A DNA stretch of 64,000 nucleotides from Candidatus Eiseniibacteriota bacterium (GTDB taxonomy: Bacteria > Eisenbacteria > RBG-16-71-46), in assembly GCA_963717505.1 (NCBI GenBank), contig OY970342.1, positions 4,098,541-4,162,540 of the forward strand, read 5' to 3'. The translations under genes and the position numbers were made by a program. The number at the start of each line of letters is the position of its first letter. The first letter of the stretch is position 1. This document shows positions 18,105 to 27,253 of this stretch, in pieces. The notes beneath the pieces were generated by a model. It worked only from the letters and a program-made list of their open reading frames with translations, was not told where the DNA came from and made no database searches.

Positions 18105-19481
18105 ATGAAGCTCGCGCTCATCAATGTCTTCGCGATGTTCGTGGCTCATTCGGCCGGGGCCGCCGACCACGCCGTGATGGCACCGGCAGTCGATCGGATT
18201 GCGAAACACTATCTGTCCACGACTCCGCTGGTCGGTTTTGGAGTCACCGTGGTTCGTAACGGCGTCGTGATTCACGACGCGGGCTACGGAAAGGCGCGGC
18301 TATCGCCGCAGACTCCGGCGGATGCGAGCACCCGCTTCGATTACTTCTCGGTCGGCAAGCACGTCACCGTGGCCCTCGTCTTGCGACTCGCGGAGCGCGG
18401 CCTGGTCGATCTCGACTCGTTGGCCGGCAAGTACCTTCCCGGCCTCGACTCGATCTACGCAACCCGCCCGCTCCGGCAGTTGTTGAGCCATACCAGTGGG
18501 ACGACCGCGACCGAGATCGACGAAAGCAAGCCCGAACCCGAGTATCTGAAGGCGCCGACGCGCGCGAACTTGCTGGCGTTGCTCGCCAAGGGGAAGCGCG
18601 TCGCCCCGCCGGGCGCTACCTGGACCTATAATAGCGACGGCTTCGTGGTCGCAGCCGTCGTCGCCGAGCAGGTCACCGGGCTGACCTATTCCGAGCTGAT
18701 CCGGCGCGAGCTCGCCACTCCGCTCGACCTCCACGACTTTGGTTTCCAACTCGAGCCCAGTGCGCAGGGATACTTCATCGAAGCGGAGACACCCGCACCC
18801 ATTCAGGCGGTGCCTTACGAATGGTTCAGCGGCGCGGGATCGATCCGAGGGACCACGCGTGATTTGGCACGCTGGTGGATGGCGCTGCGCTCAGGCCGCG
18901 TGGTGAGCGAGAAGTCGCTCCAGCAGATGTGGACGCCCGTCCGGCTCAACGCGGGTAGCCAATCGGCCGAGTTCGGCTACGGCCTGGGGATCCGACTCGG
19001 TCGCTACCGTGGGCATCGCATGGTCGGACACACGGGCGACGCCGCAGGCGGCTCGGCAGTGCTGGCCGAGTATCCGGAGGACAGTCTGCTGATCGTGGTC
19101 GCGACCAACACCATCGGCAGAAACGTGCCTTATGCGATTGCGATCCAGGCCGCAGTTGCGCGCGAGCTACTTGGCATCGAGGACACGAAGCCTTTCGATC
19201 GAGCGACTCCGCCGGAGCTGCTCCAGGGTGCGCCCGGCCTCTACGCCAATCCTGAAGGCTCCTTCTGCGTCAGTGCACGCGGCGAATCGCTGTTCGTGTC
19301 GTCCGACGGCGAGAAGCCGTCCAGGCTCATGCATCAAGGGAACGGACTGTTTCGGCGCGCCGAAAGCATCGGGGCCGAGGACTATTTCCTGGGTGGCCCC
19401 GGACGCACATGGTGGTACGCCTACCAGTGGTACGGCTACCCGATGGACCTTGCGATGCGCACCACGGATGCATGTCCCTGA
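18105..19481 (+). CDS. Serine hydrolase, beta-lactamase class C / D-peptidase family
   Basis: Signal peptide, SxxK (SVGK), LLSHTSG, YNS, GHTG. Confidence 0.88.
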   Translation: MKLALINVFAMFVAHSAGAADHAVMAPAVDRIAKHYLSTTPLVGFGVTVVRNGVVIHDAGYGKARLSPQTPADASTRFDYFSVGKHVTVALVLRLAERGLVDLDSLAGKYLPGLDSIYATRPLRQLLSHTSGTTATEIDESKPEPEYLKAPTRANLLALLAKGKRVAPPGATWTYNSDGFVVAAVVAEQVTGLTYSELIRRELATPLDLHDFGFQLEPSAQGYFIEAETPAPIQAVPYEWFSGAGSIRGTTRDLARWWMALRSGRVVSEKSLQQMWTPVRLNAGSQSAEFGYGLGIRLGRYRGHRMVGHTGDAAGGSAVLAEYPEDSLLIVVATNTIGRNVPYAIAIQAAVARELLGIEDTKPFDRATPPELLQGAPGLYANPEGSFCVSARGESLFVSSDGEKPSRLMHQGNGLFRRAESIGAEDYFLGGPGRTWWYAYQWYGYPMDLAMRTTDACP

Positions 19482-19575
19482 GCTCTGGCCGTCCTGTTGA
19501 GGGTCGCTTGCGGGCTCTGTTACCGTGTCCGGCCCATTTCCGCTGAGCCCCCTCTCGAACACAAGGAGCGACACT

Positions 19576-20799
19576 GTGTCCAGCAAAGGTTCCGCCGACG
19601 TCGTCATCGTTTCCGGCGCCCGCACGCCCATGGCCGAGTGGATCGGCGGCAAGCGCGGGGACGGACTGCCCGGGGGTGCTCTGGCGTCGATGTCGGCGAT
19701 CGACCTGGGCGCGGTCGCGGCCAAGGCCGCGATCGAACGCTCCGGCATTCCGGCCGACGCGTTCGACCACGTGATCATGGGCAACGCGCTCCAGACCTCG
19801 GGCGATGCCATCTATGGCGCACGCCACGTCGGCTTGAAGGCCGGCATCCCTCGCACCACGCCTGCGCTGACCGTGAACCGCCTGTGCGGCTCAGGAATCC
19901 AGAGCATCATCAATGCCGCGCAGCAGATCGTCACTGGCGAATCGACCTGCGTTCTCGCCGGCGGCATGGAGAACATGAGCCAGGCGCCGCACGTGATCCG
20001 CGGCGCGCGCAGTGGCTTCAAGCTCGGCCAGGGCGTGCTCGAGGACTCACTGATGGTGGCACTCAAGGACAGCTACTGCGGCCTGTTCATGGCCCAGACC
20101 TCCGACAATCTCGCGCGCAAATACGGCATCACCCGTCAGGCGCAGGACGAATACGCGCTGCGCTCGCATTCGCTCGGCAACCGGGCGACGCAAAACGGCC
20201 GCTTCGCCGAAGAGATCATTCCGGTCGAGATCAAGGGCCGCGGCAAGTCGGTGATGGTCGACAAGGACGATCACCTGTTCCCGAGCACGACCCTCGAAGG
20301 TCTCAGCAAGCTGCCGCCCGCGTTCGGACCCGAATCGTTCGTCACCGCCGGCAACGCCAGCGGCATCGTCGATGGCGCCGCCGCGGTGGTGGTGACCACC
20401 GCCGAGCGCGCGAAGGCCGCCGGGGCCAAATCGCTCGGCGTGATTCGCGGCTACGCCAGCGTCGGCGTCGATCCCGACATCATGGGCTTCGGCCCAGCGC
20501 CCGCGATCCGCAAGGCGTGCGAGCGCGCCGGCATCTCGATCGACAAGCTCGACCTGATCGAGATCAACGAGGCATTCTCCGGCCAGTACCTGGCGGTCGA
20601 AAAGGACCTGGGGCTCGATCGCGACAAGGTCAACGTCAACGGCGGCGCGATCGCGCTCGGCCACCCGCTGGGTGCGACCGGCACGCGCCTGGTCTACACG
20701 TTGCTGGTCGAGCTGTCGAAACGCGGCAAGCGCTGGGGTGTGGCGTCGGCCTGCATCGGCGGCGGCCAGGGGATCGCGATCATCCTCGAGAGGGTGTGA
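19576..20799 (+). CDS. Acetyl-CoA C-acyltransferase (thiolase)
   Basis: SD AAGGAG plus GTG; NRLCGSG, EINEAF, GHPLGATG, ACIGGGQG. Confidence 0.95.
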   Translation: MSSKGSADVVIVSGARTPMAEWIGGKRGDGLPGGALASMSAIDLGAVAAKAAIERSGIPADAFDHVIMGNALQTSGDAIYGARHVGLKAGIPRTTPALTVNRLCGSGIQSIINAAQQIVTGESTCVLAGGMENMSQAPHVIRGARSGFKLGQGVLEDSLMVALKDSYCGLFMAQTSDNLARKYGITRQAQDEYALRSHSLGNRATQNGRFAEEIIPVEIKGRGKSVMVDKDDHLFPSTTLEGLSKLPPAFGPESFVTAGNASGIVDGAAAVVVTTAERAKAAGAKSLGVIRGYASVGVDPDIMGFGPAPAIRKACERAGISIDKLDLIEINEAFSGQYLAVEKDLGLDRDKVNVNGGAIALGHPLGATGTRLVYTLLVELSKRGKRWGVASACIGGGQGIAIILERV

Positions 20800-20883
20800 G
20801 TCGGGGCGAACTGGGCGCTCCCGTAGTGGTCCGCGGGCTCGCCAACGTGTAGTCTCATTGGCCCCACAACCCGGACGCACCTC

Positions 20884-22128
20884 ATGAACGAACGCGACCT
20901 GATCCACGACTGGAACGAGGCTGGCGAACGCTGGCAACCGCCGACGTTCCGGGTCCAGTTCGACGACGAGACCCTGCGCGACGGGCTCCAGTCGCCCTCG
21001 GTCCGCACGCCGTCGCTCGACGACAAGGTCCGGATCCTCCACCTGATGGAGCGGCTCGGGATCGACACCGCCGACATCGGCCTGCCCGGCGCCGGGCCGC
21101 ACGTGGTCCACGATGTCACCCGGCTCGCGCAGGAGATTCGCGAAGCCCGGCTGAAGATCCAGGCCAACTGCGCCGCCCGCACCTTGCGCCAGGATATCGA
21201 GCCGGTGATTACCGTCTCGCAGAAGGTCGGGATCCCGATCGAGGTATGCACGTTCATTGGCTCCTCCCCGATCCGACAGTACGCCGAGAACTGGACGCTC
21301 GACATCATGCTGCGTCACACCGAGGACGCGGTGAGCTACGCGGTGTCCGCCGGACTGCCGGTGATGTATGTCACCGAGGACACGGTGCGCGCGCGCCCCG
21401 AGCAGCTTCGCCAGCTGTTCCTGACCGCGATTCGCTGCGGGGCCAAGCGACTGTGTCTCTGCGACACCGTCGGGCACGCGACGCCCACCGGAGCCGCCAA
21501 CCTGGTGCGCTTCGCGAAGCAGATCGTGCTCGAGAGCGGCGCCACCGACGTCGAGTTGGACTGGCACGGCCATTCCGATCGCGGGCTGGCGGTGATCAAC
21601 ACCATCGCCGCGATCCAGGCGGGAGCGAGTCGCGTCCATGGTTGCGCGATCGGGATCGGCGAGCGGGTCGGCAACACCCCGATGGACCAGCTCCTGGTCA
21701 ATCTTCGTTTGCTCGGCTGGATCGAGAACGACCTCACGGCACTTCCCGAGTACTGCGAAACCGTGAGCCGCGGCACCGGCGTGCCGATCCCGCCGAACTA
21801 CCCGGTGGTCGGCCGCGACGCGTTCCGCACGGGCACCGGTGTTCACGCCGCCGCCGTGATCAAGGCCTTCAAGAAGGGGCAGGACTGGCTGGCCGACCGT
21901 GTCTACTCCGGCGTTCCCGCCAGCATGGTTGGCCGGCGCCAGGAGATCGAAGTCGGCCCGATGAGCGGCGAGAGCAACGTCGTCCACTGGCTCGAACACC
22001 ACGGCATCGAGCCGACGACCGAACGTGTGAACGCCGTGTTCCAGCGCGCCAAGAGCGTCGATCGCGTACTCGAAGAGGATGAGATCCGCTCGGTGGTCAG
22101 CGCGCTCGACGAGACTCGGGTTTCGTGA
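20884..22128 (+). CDS. LeuA-family DRE-TIM synthase (2-isopropylmalate/homocitrate synthase-like, short form)
   Basis: DETLRDGLQ, CDTVG, HGHSDRG, GIGERVGN, GPMSG; no C-terminal regulatory domain. Confidence 0.85.
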   Translation: MNERDLIHDWNEAGERWQPPTFRVQFDDETLRDGLQSPSVRTPSLDDKVRILHLMERLGIDTADIGLPGAGPHVVHDVTRLAQEIREARLKIQANCAARTLRQDIEPVITVSQKVGIPIEVCTFIGSSPIRQYAENWTLDIMLRHTEDAVSYAVSAGLPVMYVTEDTVRARPEQLRQLFLTAIRCGAKRLCLCDTVGHATPTGAANLVRFAKQIVLESGATDVELDWHGHSDRGLAVINTIAAIQAGASRVHGCAIGIGERVGNTPMDQLLVNLRLLGWIENDLTALPEYCETVSRGTGVPIPPNYPVVGRDAFRTGTGVHAAAVIKAFKKGQDWLADRVYSGVPASMVGRRQEIEVGPMSGESNVVHWLEHHGIEPTTERVNAVFQRAKSVDRVLEEDEIRSVVSALDETRVS

Positions 22129-23255
22129 CCGGAGGAGTCGCAGTTTCGCCGCGCCGTTCGCCGCGGCGCCGAGTCGCGTGCGCGGTGGGCCTGTGGGCAT
22201 TGATTGCCGCGGCGGCCCATGCCCAACCGACGGGCTCGGGGCCCTCGGTCGAAGAGCTGGCCGCCGAGATTCGCGAGCTCGAGGACCGCGGCGCATACGC
22301 CACCGCGGCCCAGAAGCAGACCGAATTGCGGCCGCGCCTCAAGCCCGATGCCGATCTCGAGCTGGCGCTGGCCCTGAACGACGCGCGCAGCGGCCGGTAC
22401 CAGGAGGCGTGGCTCCGACTCAACGATTCGTTGCTGACCCAGGCGTTGCTCGACACGATGCCGCAGTCGCGCTGGCACGAGAACGGCCCGGCGCGGTGGC
22501 AGCAATGGCTCGACGGGCGCTTCAACGGTTGGCATTGGTACGTGGCGCGCGCGCGCGCCGAAGTCGGCCTGGCGCTCGGTCGTTGGCCCGAGGCGCTCGA
22601 GGCGGCGCGGATCGCCGTTGGCGCGCGCCCGATCGCGGGCAAGGAGTGGTTGGTGCTCGCGCTGTGCGCCGCGCGTGCCGGGTCGGTCGACGAAGCGCGG
22701 GACGCGGCACGGCAAGCGGTGTTCCTCGATCCGACGCTGCCCGAGGCGTGGCACCTGCACGGACTGCTCGAATGGCGCGGGGGCCGGCGCAATGAAGCGC
22801 AGGAGTACTTTCGCACCGCGGTTCGCCTGGACTCCACTTACCGCCCTCCGGCCCTGGCTCTGATGCGTGCCCGACTGCCGTCGTCGCGCCCGGATTCCCT
22901 GCCCGGGCAGATCCTCACGGGAATGCGCGAAGCCGCGATCCTCACCGCGCCGGTCCGCCCCAAGATCGAAGAGCTGCACGAAGTCGACGTGCCCGCCAAG
23001 GCAACGCGTCCGATCTATGCCGCGCTGCCGGACTCGCTCACGGGACTCGGCAAGCTCTCCTTGCCGGTCCTGGTGGACACGCGCGGGATGATCGTGCTCC
23101 ACGACCTGCCGTGGATCGATCCGACGCGGCTCTCGCTCAGCGCCTTGTCTCAGATCCTGAACTCGCTCACGCTGTGGCGCTTCGATCCCGCTCAACGACA
23201 CGGGGCCCCGGCGTCGACCTGGACCGGAGTCCAGATCGATCTTCCCGGGCAGTAG
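22125..23255 (+). CDS. Exported TPR protein with C-terminal TonB_C-like domain
   Basis: Signal AHA; TPR-like repeats (AVFLDPTLPEAW, AVRLDSTYRP); C-terminal VLVDTRG..WRFDPAQRHGAP..VQIDL. Confidence 0.65.
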   Translation: MTGGVAVSPRRSPRRRVACAVGLWALIAAAAHAQPTGSGPSVEELAAEIRELEDRGAYATAAQKQTELRPRLKPDADLELALALNDARSGRYQEAWLRLNDSLLTQALLDTMPQSRWHENGPARWQQWLDGRFNGWHWYVARARAEVGLALGRWPEALEAARIAVGARPIAGKEWLVLALCAARAGSVDEARDAARQAVFLDPTLPEAWHLHGLLEWRGGRRNEAQEYFRTAVRLDSTYRPPALALMRARLPSSRPDSLPGQILTGMREAAILTAPVRPKIEELHEVDVPAKATRPIYAALPDSLTGLGKLSLPVLVDTRGMIVLHDLPWIDPTRLSLSALSQILNSLTLWRFDPAQRHGAPASTWTGVQIDLPGQ

Positions 23256-23292
23256 CTTTGCGCCCGGCCCCTCGCACCCGAGGAGGAAAGGC

Positions 23293-24375
23293 ATGAGCCG
23301 CGAATACCGGATCGCCGTGATCCCCGGAGATGGCATCGGCCCCGAAGTCGTCCGCGAGGGCCTGCGCGTGCTCGAGCGTGTAGCCGCGAGCGAGGGCTTC
23401 GCGGTGCGCACCACGCCCTACCCGTTTGGCGCGGAGCACTATCTCAAGACCAAGGAGATCTTCCCCGAGTCGGCGTTCACCGAGGTCAAAGGCCATGACG
23501 CCATCCTGCTCGGGGCGATCGGTGACCCCCGCCTCGAAGTCGGGCTCCTCGAGTTCGGCATCATCGCCAAGCTCCGCTTCGAGCTGGATCTCTACATCAA
23601 CCTGCGTCCGGTGCGCCTGTACGCGGAGCACCTGTGCCCGCTCAAGGACACGAAACCCGAAGACGTCGACTTCATCGTGGTTCGCGAGAACACCGAAGAT
23701 GCCTACGCCGGCATGCGCGGGTTCTTCCGCAAGGGCACGCCCGACGAAGTCGCGACCCAGGAGATCATCTTCACCCGGCGCGGGGTCGAGCGGGCGATCC
23801 GCTACGCCTTCGAGCTGGCGCGCGCACGCGGACGGCGCAAGAAACTCACCTTGATCGACAAGGCCAACGCGATCCGGGCCATGGACCTGTGGACCCGCAC
23901 GTTCGCCGAAGTCGGCGCCGAGTACCCCGACATCGAGCGCGACCACCAATACATCGACGCGGCGTGCATGTACGTGGTCCGCGACCCGGCGGCTTACGAC
24001 ACGGTGGTCACCAGCAACATGTTCGGCGACATCTTCACCGACCTCTCGGCCATGATTCAGGGCGGGCTCGGCATCGCCGCCAGCGGCAACCTGCATCCGG
24101 GGCGCGTCAGCCTGTTCGAGCCGATCCATGGCTCGGCGCCCAAGTACACCGGACGCAACGTCGCGAACCCGATCGCGACGGTCATGGCGGTCCAAATGAT
24201 GCTGGACTACCTGGGCGAGAAGAACGCGGCCGTGCGGATCGAAGACGCGGTGGCGGGGCTCCTGCGCTCGAAGCGCCTGCCCTCGCTGGGGACCGACTCC
24301 GGGCTCTCGACCAACCAGGTCGGGGATCTGGTGCTCGAGGCGCTGGAGCGCGCGGGGTCGCCGGCCCGCGCCTGA
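23293..24375 (+). CDS. leuB: 3-isopropylmalate dehydrogenase (beta-decarboxylating dehydrogenase)
   Basis: IPGDGIGPEV, LLGAIGDP, NLRP, VRENTE, DKAN, NMFGDI, FEPIHGSAP. Confidence 0.8.
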   Translation: MSREYRIAVIPGDGIGPEVVREGLRVLERVAASEGFAVRTTPYPFGAEHYLKTKEIFPESAFTEVKGHDAILLGAIGDPRLEVGLLEFGIIAKLRFELDLYINLRPVRLYAEHLCPLKDTKPEDVDFIVVRENTEDAYAGMRGFFRKGTPDEVATQEIIFTRRGVERAIRYAFELARARGRRKKLTLIDKANAIRAMDLWTRTFAEVGAEYPDIERDHQYIDAACMYVVRDPAAYDTVVTSNMFGDIFTDLSAMIQGGLGIAASGNLHPGRVSLFEPIHGSAPKYTGRNVANPIATVMAVQMMLDYLGEKNAAVRIEDAVAGLLRSKRLPSLGTDSGLSTNQVGDLVLEALERAGSPARA

Positions 24376-24564
24376 GCCGCGCTGGGCTGGAACGGCCTCT
24401 CGGACGACCGGCGCCGGACCCCACGGGTCGCAAGAGGGCTGTGTTTCCCATGCCCTATGCGGCCCGGTAGGCAGTATCATTTTCCCCGCCGACTTGTGGG
24501 CCGCTCACCGGTAGTTGGGATGAGCTGAGCACCCAAGGCCGCCCCACGTCCACCGGAGGTCCCC

Positions 24565-27249
24565 ATGCGGATCCGCACCGTCATGCCCTTGCTCCTCGCC
24601 GCGACCCTCGGGGTATCGGGGGGCGCCGCCGCGCAGGAGTTGATCCCGCCCCGCAAGATCATCCGCACCTTCCCCACCGACTTCTGCCCGATGCCGGAGA
24701 TGCTCACGTTCACCACGTTGAGCACCAACGTGACTCTGGAGTTCGCGGCCAACCTCGGGCCAGAAGGGGTCTACGACACGCACATCGACAACCTGTGCAT
24801 CGCGGATGCATTCCAGGTCGCGACCAATTCCGGGCAGTGCTCGGACTGTCCCGAGCTGTTCGACAACCAAGGCGCCCATCCGGTGGACGCCTTCTTCTTC
24901 GACTATTTCAACCCTGAAGGCTCGATCATCACGTGGCTCGAGCGGTTCGACAGCGATCCCGCGAGCCGCGGCTGGGATTTGGCTCGCGGCGCGACCTATG
25001 ACGCCACTTCCTCCGCGGTGCGCGACCCGGGCAGTGTGACGGACTTCAGCGGAGGATCGCTGCGCCTGGCGGGTACACCGACGTGCGGCGATTCGCTGGT
25101 GCGCACACGCATCACGGTCACCGGGCTCACTCCCGGCGTGAGCTACACGCTTACCGGCTGGTGGTCGGCCCCGGGAATGATCCTCGAGGAAACGAACGTC
25201 GAAGTCCGAATCTTCGACCAGGGAGCGCTGATCGGCCGGTCGACCTGGGGACGAAGCCGCGAGAACACGTTCCGCGCGGGCCCCGGCGGCAACGACCCGA
25301 CCGGGATCACGCTGGTTCCCAGTGTCGACGGCAGTACCATCGCCGTCTGGTCCGACAACCGTAATGGCGACGACGACGTGTACGCACTGCGCGTGCTCAA
25401 GAACGGGCAAATCGCGCCGGGCTGGCCGTTCGGTGGGGTATCGCTGTGCACCGTGACCGGCGACCAGAACGGCGTTCAGGCGGTGTCCGACGGCGCCGGC
25501 GGCGTGATCGCGTGCTGGATCGACGCGCGCGCCGGATTCGGCGTCCAACACATCTACGCCCAGCGGGTCACGGTTCTAGGTGCGATTGCTTCGGGATGGC
25601 CCAACGAGGTCGCCGGTGGACGGGCGATCTGTACTGCGGCCGCCGGCAGATCCGCGCTGAGGATCGCGCTCTCCCCAGGCGTCGGCGGACTGGTCACGTG
25701 GATCGATCAACGGGTCGGCGGCTCGGACGTCTACGCGCAGCGAGCCAATCTGGCCGGCACCGTCGCCTGGACCGCCGATGGAGTCGCGGCGTCGACCGCA
25801 ACTGGAACCCAGGGCGATCCGCGGGTGACCACCGATGGCGCCGGCGGCGCGTTCGTCGGGTACACCGGACCGAGCGGCGGCGGCAGCAACGTCTGGCTCC
25901 AGCGCATCGCCTCGACGGGCGTGATTGCTGCAGGTTGGCCAGCGGCGAGCGTCGGGGGTGTCCAGGTCGCTTCGACCACGGCGCTCGAGTACGTGGGCGA
26001 CATCGTCAACGACGGCGGCACCGGCGTCTACGTCTCGTGGTACCTGCAGGTGAACGCTACGCCCCGGATGCAGCGCATGACCTCGGCCGGAGCGGTGTCG
26101 CCCGGCTGGCCCGCCGCGGGTGTCGCAACCGGGGCCGGTGGCTGTTCCGGCACCGCGACCCGCACCTGGGTGGGGAACGACGGTGCGGGCGGCGTGATCG
26201 AAGTTCACGCCTGCGACGGATCGAGCCGGCGCATGCACGTCGCGCAGCGTTTGACCAGCGGCGGCGCGATTGCTTCCGGGTGGCCGGCGGCGGGTCGTGC
26301 CCTCAATCCCCACGACCAGAATCGGACCTTCGATCAGGTGGCGTTCGATGGCCAGGGTGGCGCGTGGGTCGCGTGGACCACCGCGACCGGAGCCTTCGAA
26401 GAGACCCTGTACGTGCAGCGCGTGACCGGCAGCAGCGTAGTCCCGGGCGGCTGGCCGGCGCGCGGGAATCGGTTCGGATTCGCGAGCTTCATTCAAGGGC
26501 CGGTCGGCTTCGCACAACCCGAGTCAACGTACGCGATGCTCGCGTGGCGCGACCTGAGCCAGGAGGTCAAGCTGCGGCGCGTCGATCGCTTCGGCGGCAT
26601 GGGCAACCCCGCGCCCTGGATTCGCGCGGTCGTGGATCATGCCGGCGACCATGGCGGCATCGTCGACGTGCGCTGGGACGCCGGCGACCTGGTGAACGAC
26701 CCGAGCTTCGAGCTGAACGGCCTCTATCGGTTCTGGCGTGCGGTTGACGGCACCAGCCCGCCCGACTGGCGTCTGGTCACGACGCAGTCGGCGAGCGACG
26801 TCTGCGGGCGCACCTGGCAGGCGCAGACCTCGTTCACGGCTCCGGCTTCGGGCGGCACGCCGGGATTCTCACGCTATCGGATCGAAGGCTACGACCCGAT
26901 CACCGGATGGAGCTGGATGTCGGAGCCGGACAGCGGACATGCGGTCAACGACCTCGGACCGCTCGCGGTCGAGAACCTCAATGGAGTGGCGTTTGCACTC
27001 GAACCGCCTTCGCCCAATCCGGCACGCGGCGTCGTGAGTTTCGCGTTCACGCTCGCCGGGCCCGGCGACGTCGAGCTCGAGGTGTTCGACCTCGCCGGCC
27101 GCTCGCTGTGGCGCAAGTCCGTGACGAACGCCTCGGCAGGCCAGCATCAGGTCCGCTGGGACGCGCGGCACCTCGAGGGCGGGGTGTTCTTCCTGCGCGC
27201 GCGCTCACAGGCCGGAGAGCGCACGCGGCGTTTCGTGCTGGTGCCTTGA
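24565..27249 (+). CDS. Large secreted repeat protein with C-terminal FlgD-Ig / T9SS type-A-like domain
   Basis: SD GGAGG, signal peptide; repeated DGAGG..W..YAQR..GWP units; C-terminal PSPNPARG..LEVFDLAGR..GVFFLRA..RRFVLVP. Confidence 0.85.
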   Translation: MRIRTVMPLLLAATLGVSGGAAAQELIPPRKIIRTFPTDFCPMPEMLTFTTLSTNVTLEFAANLGPEGVYDTHIDNLCIADAFQVATNSGQCSDCPELFDNQGAHPVDAFFFDYFNPEGSIITWLERFDSDPASRGWDLARGATYDATSSAVRDPGSVTDFSGGSLRLAGTPTCGDSLVRTRITVTGLTPGVSYTLTGWWSAPGMILEETNVEVRIFDQGALIGRSTWGRSRENTFRAGPGGNDPTGITLVPSVDGSTIAVWSDNRNGDDDVYALRVLKNGQIAPGWPFGGVSLCTVTGDQNGVQAVSDGAGGVIACWIDARAGFGVQHIYAQRVTVLGAIASGWPNEVAGGRAICTAAAGRSALRIALSPGVGGLVTWIDQRVGGSDVYAQRANLAGTVAWTADGVAASTATGTQGDPRVTTDGAGGAFVGYTGPSGGGSNVWLQRIASTGVIAAGWPAASVGGVQVASTTALEYVGDIVNDGGTGVYVSWYLQVNATPRMQRMTSAGAVSPGWPAAGVATGAGGCSGTATRTWVGNDGAGGVIEVHACDGSSRRMHVAQRLTSGGAIASGWPAAGRALNPHDQNRTFDQVAFDGQGGAWVAWTTATGAFEETLYVQRVTGSSVVPGGWPARGNRFGFASFIQGPVGFAQPESTYAMLAWRDLSQEVKLRRVDRFGGMGNPAPWIRAVVDHAGDHGGIVDVRWDAGDLVNDPSFELNGLYRFWRAVDGTSPPDWRLVTTQSASDVCGRTWQAQTSFTAPASGGTPGFSRYRIEGYDPITGWSWMSEPDSGHAVNDLGPLAVENLNGVAFALEPPSPNPARGVVSFAFTLAGPGDVELEVFDLAGRSLWRKSVTNASAGQHQVRWDARHLEGGVFFLRARSQAGERTRRFVLVP

Positions 27250-27253
27250 GCGG

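Noticed and set aside
25260-26600. Periodic repeats as CRISPR or DNA tandem array
   Set aside because: Degenerate protein-level repeats inside one ORF; no identical repeats with spacers and no cas genes in the window.
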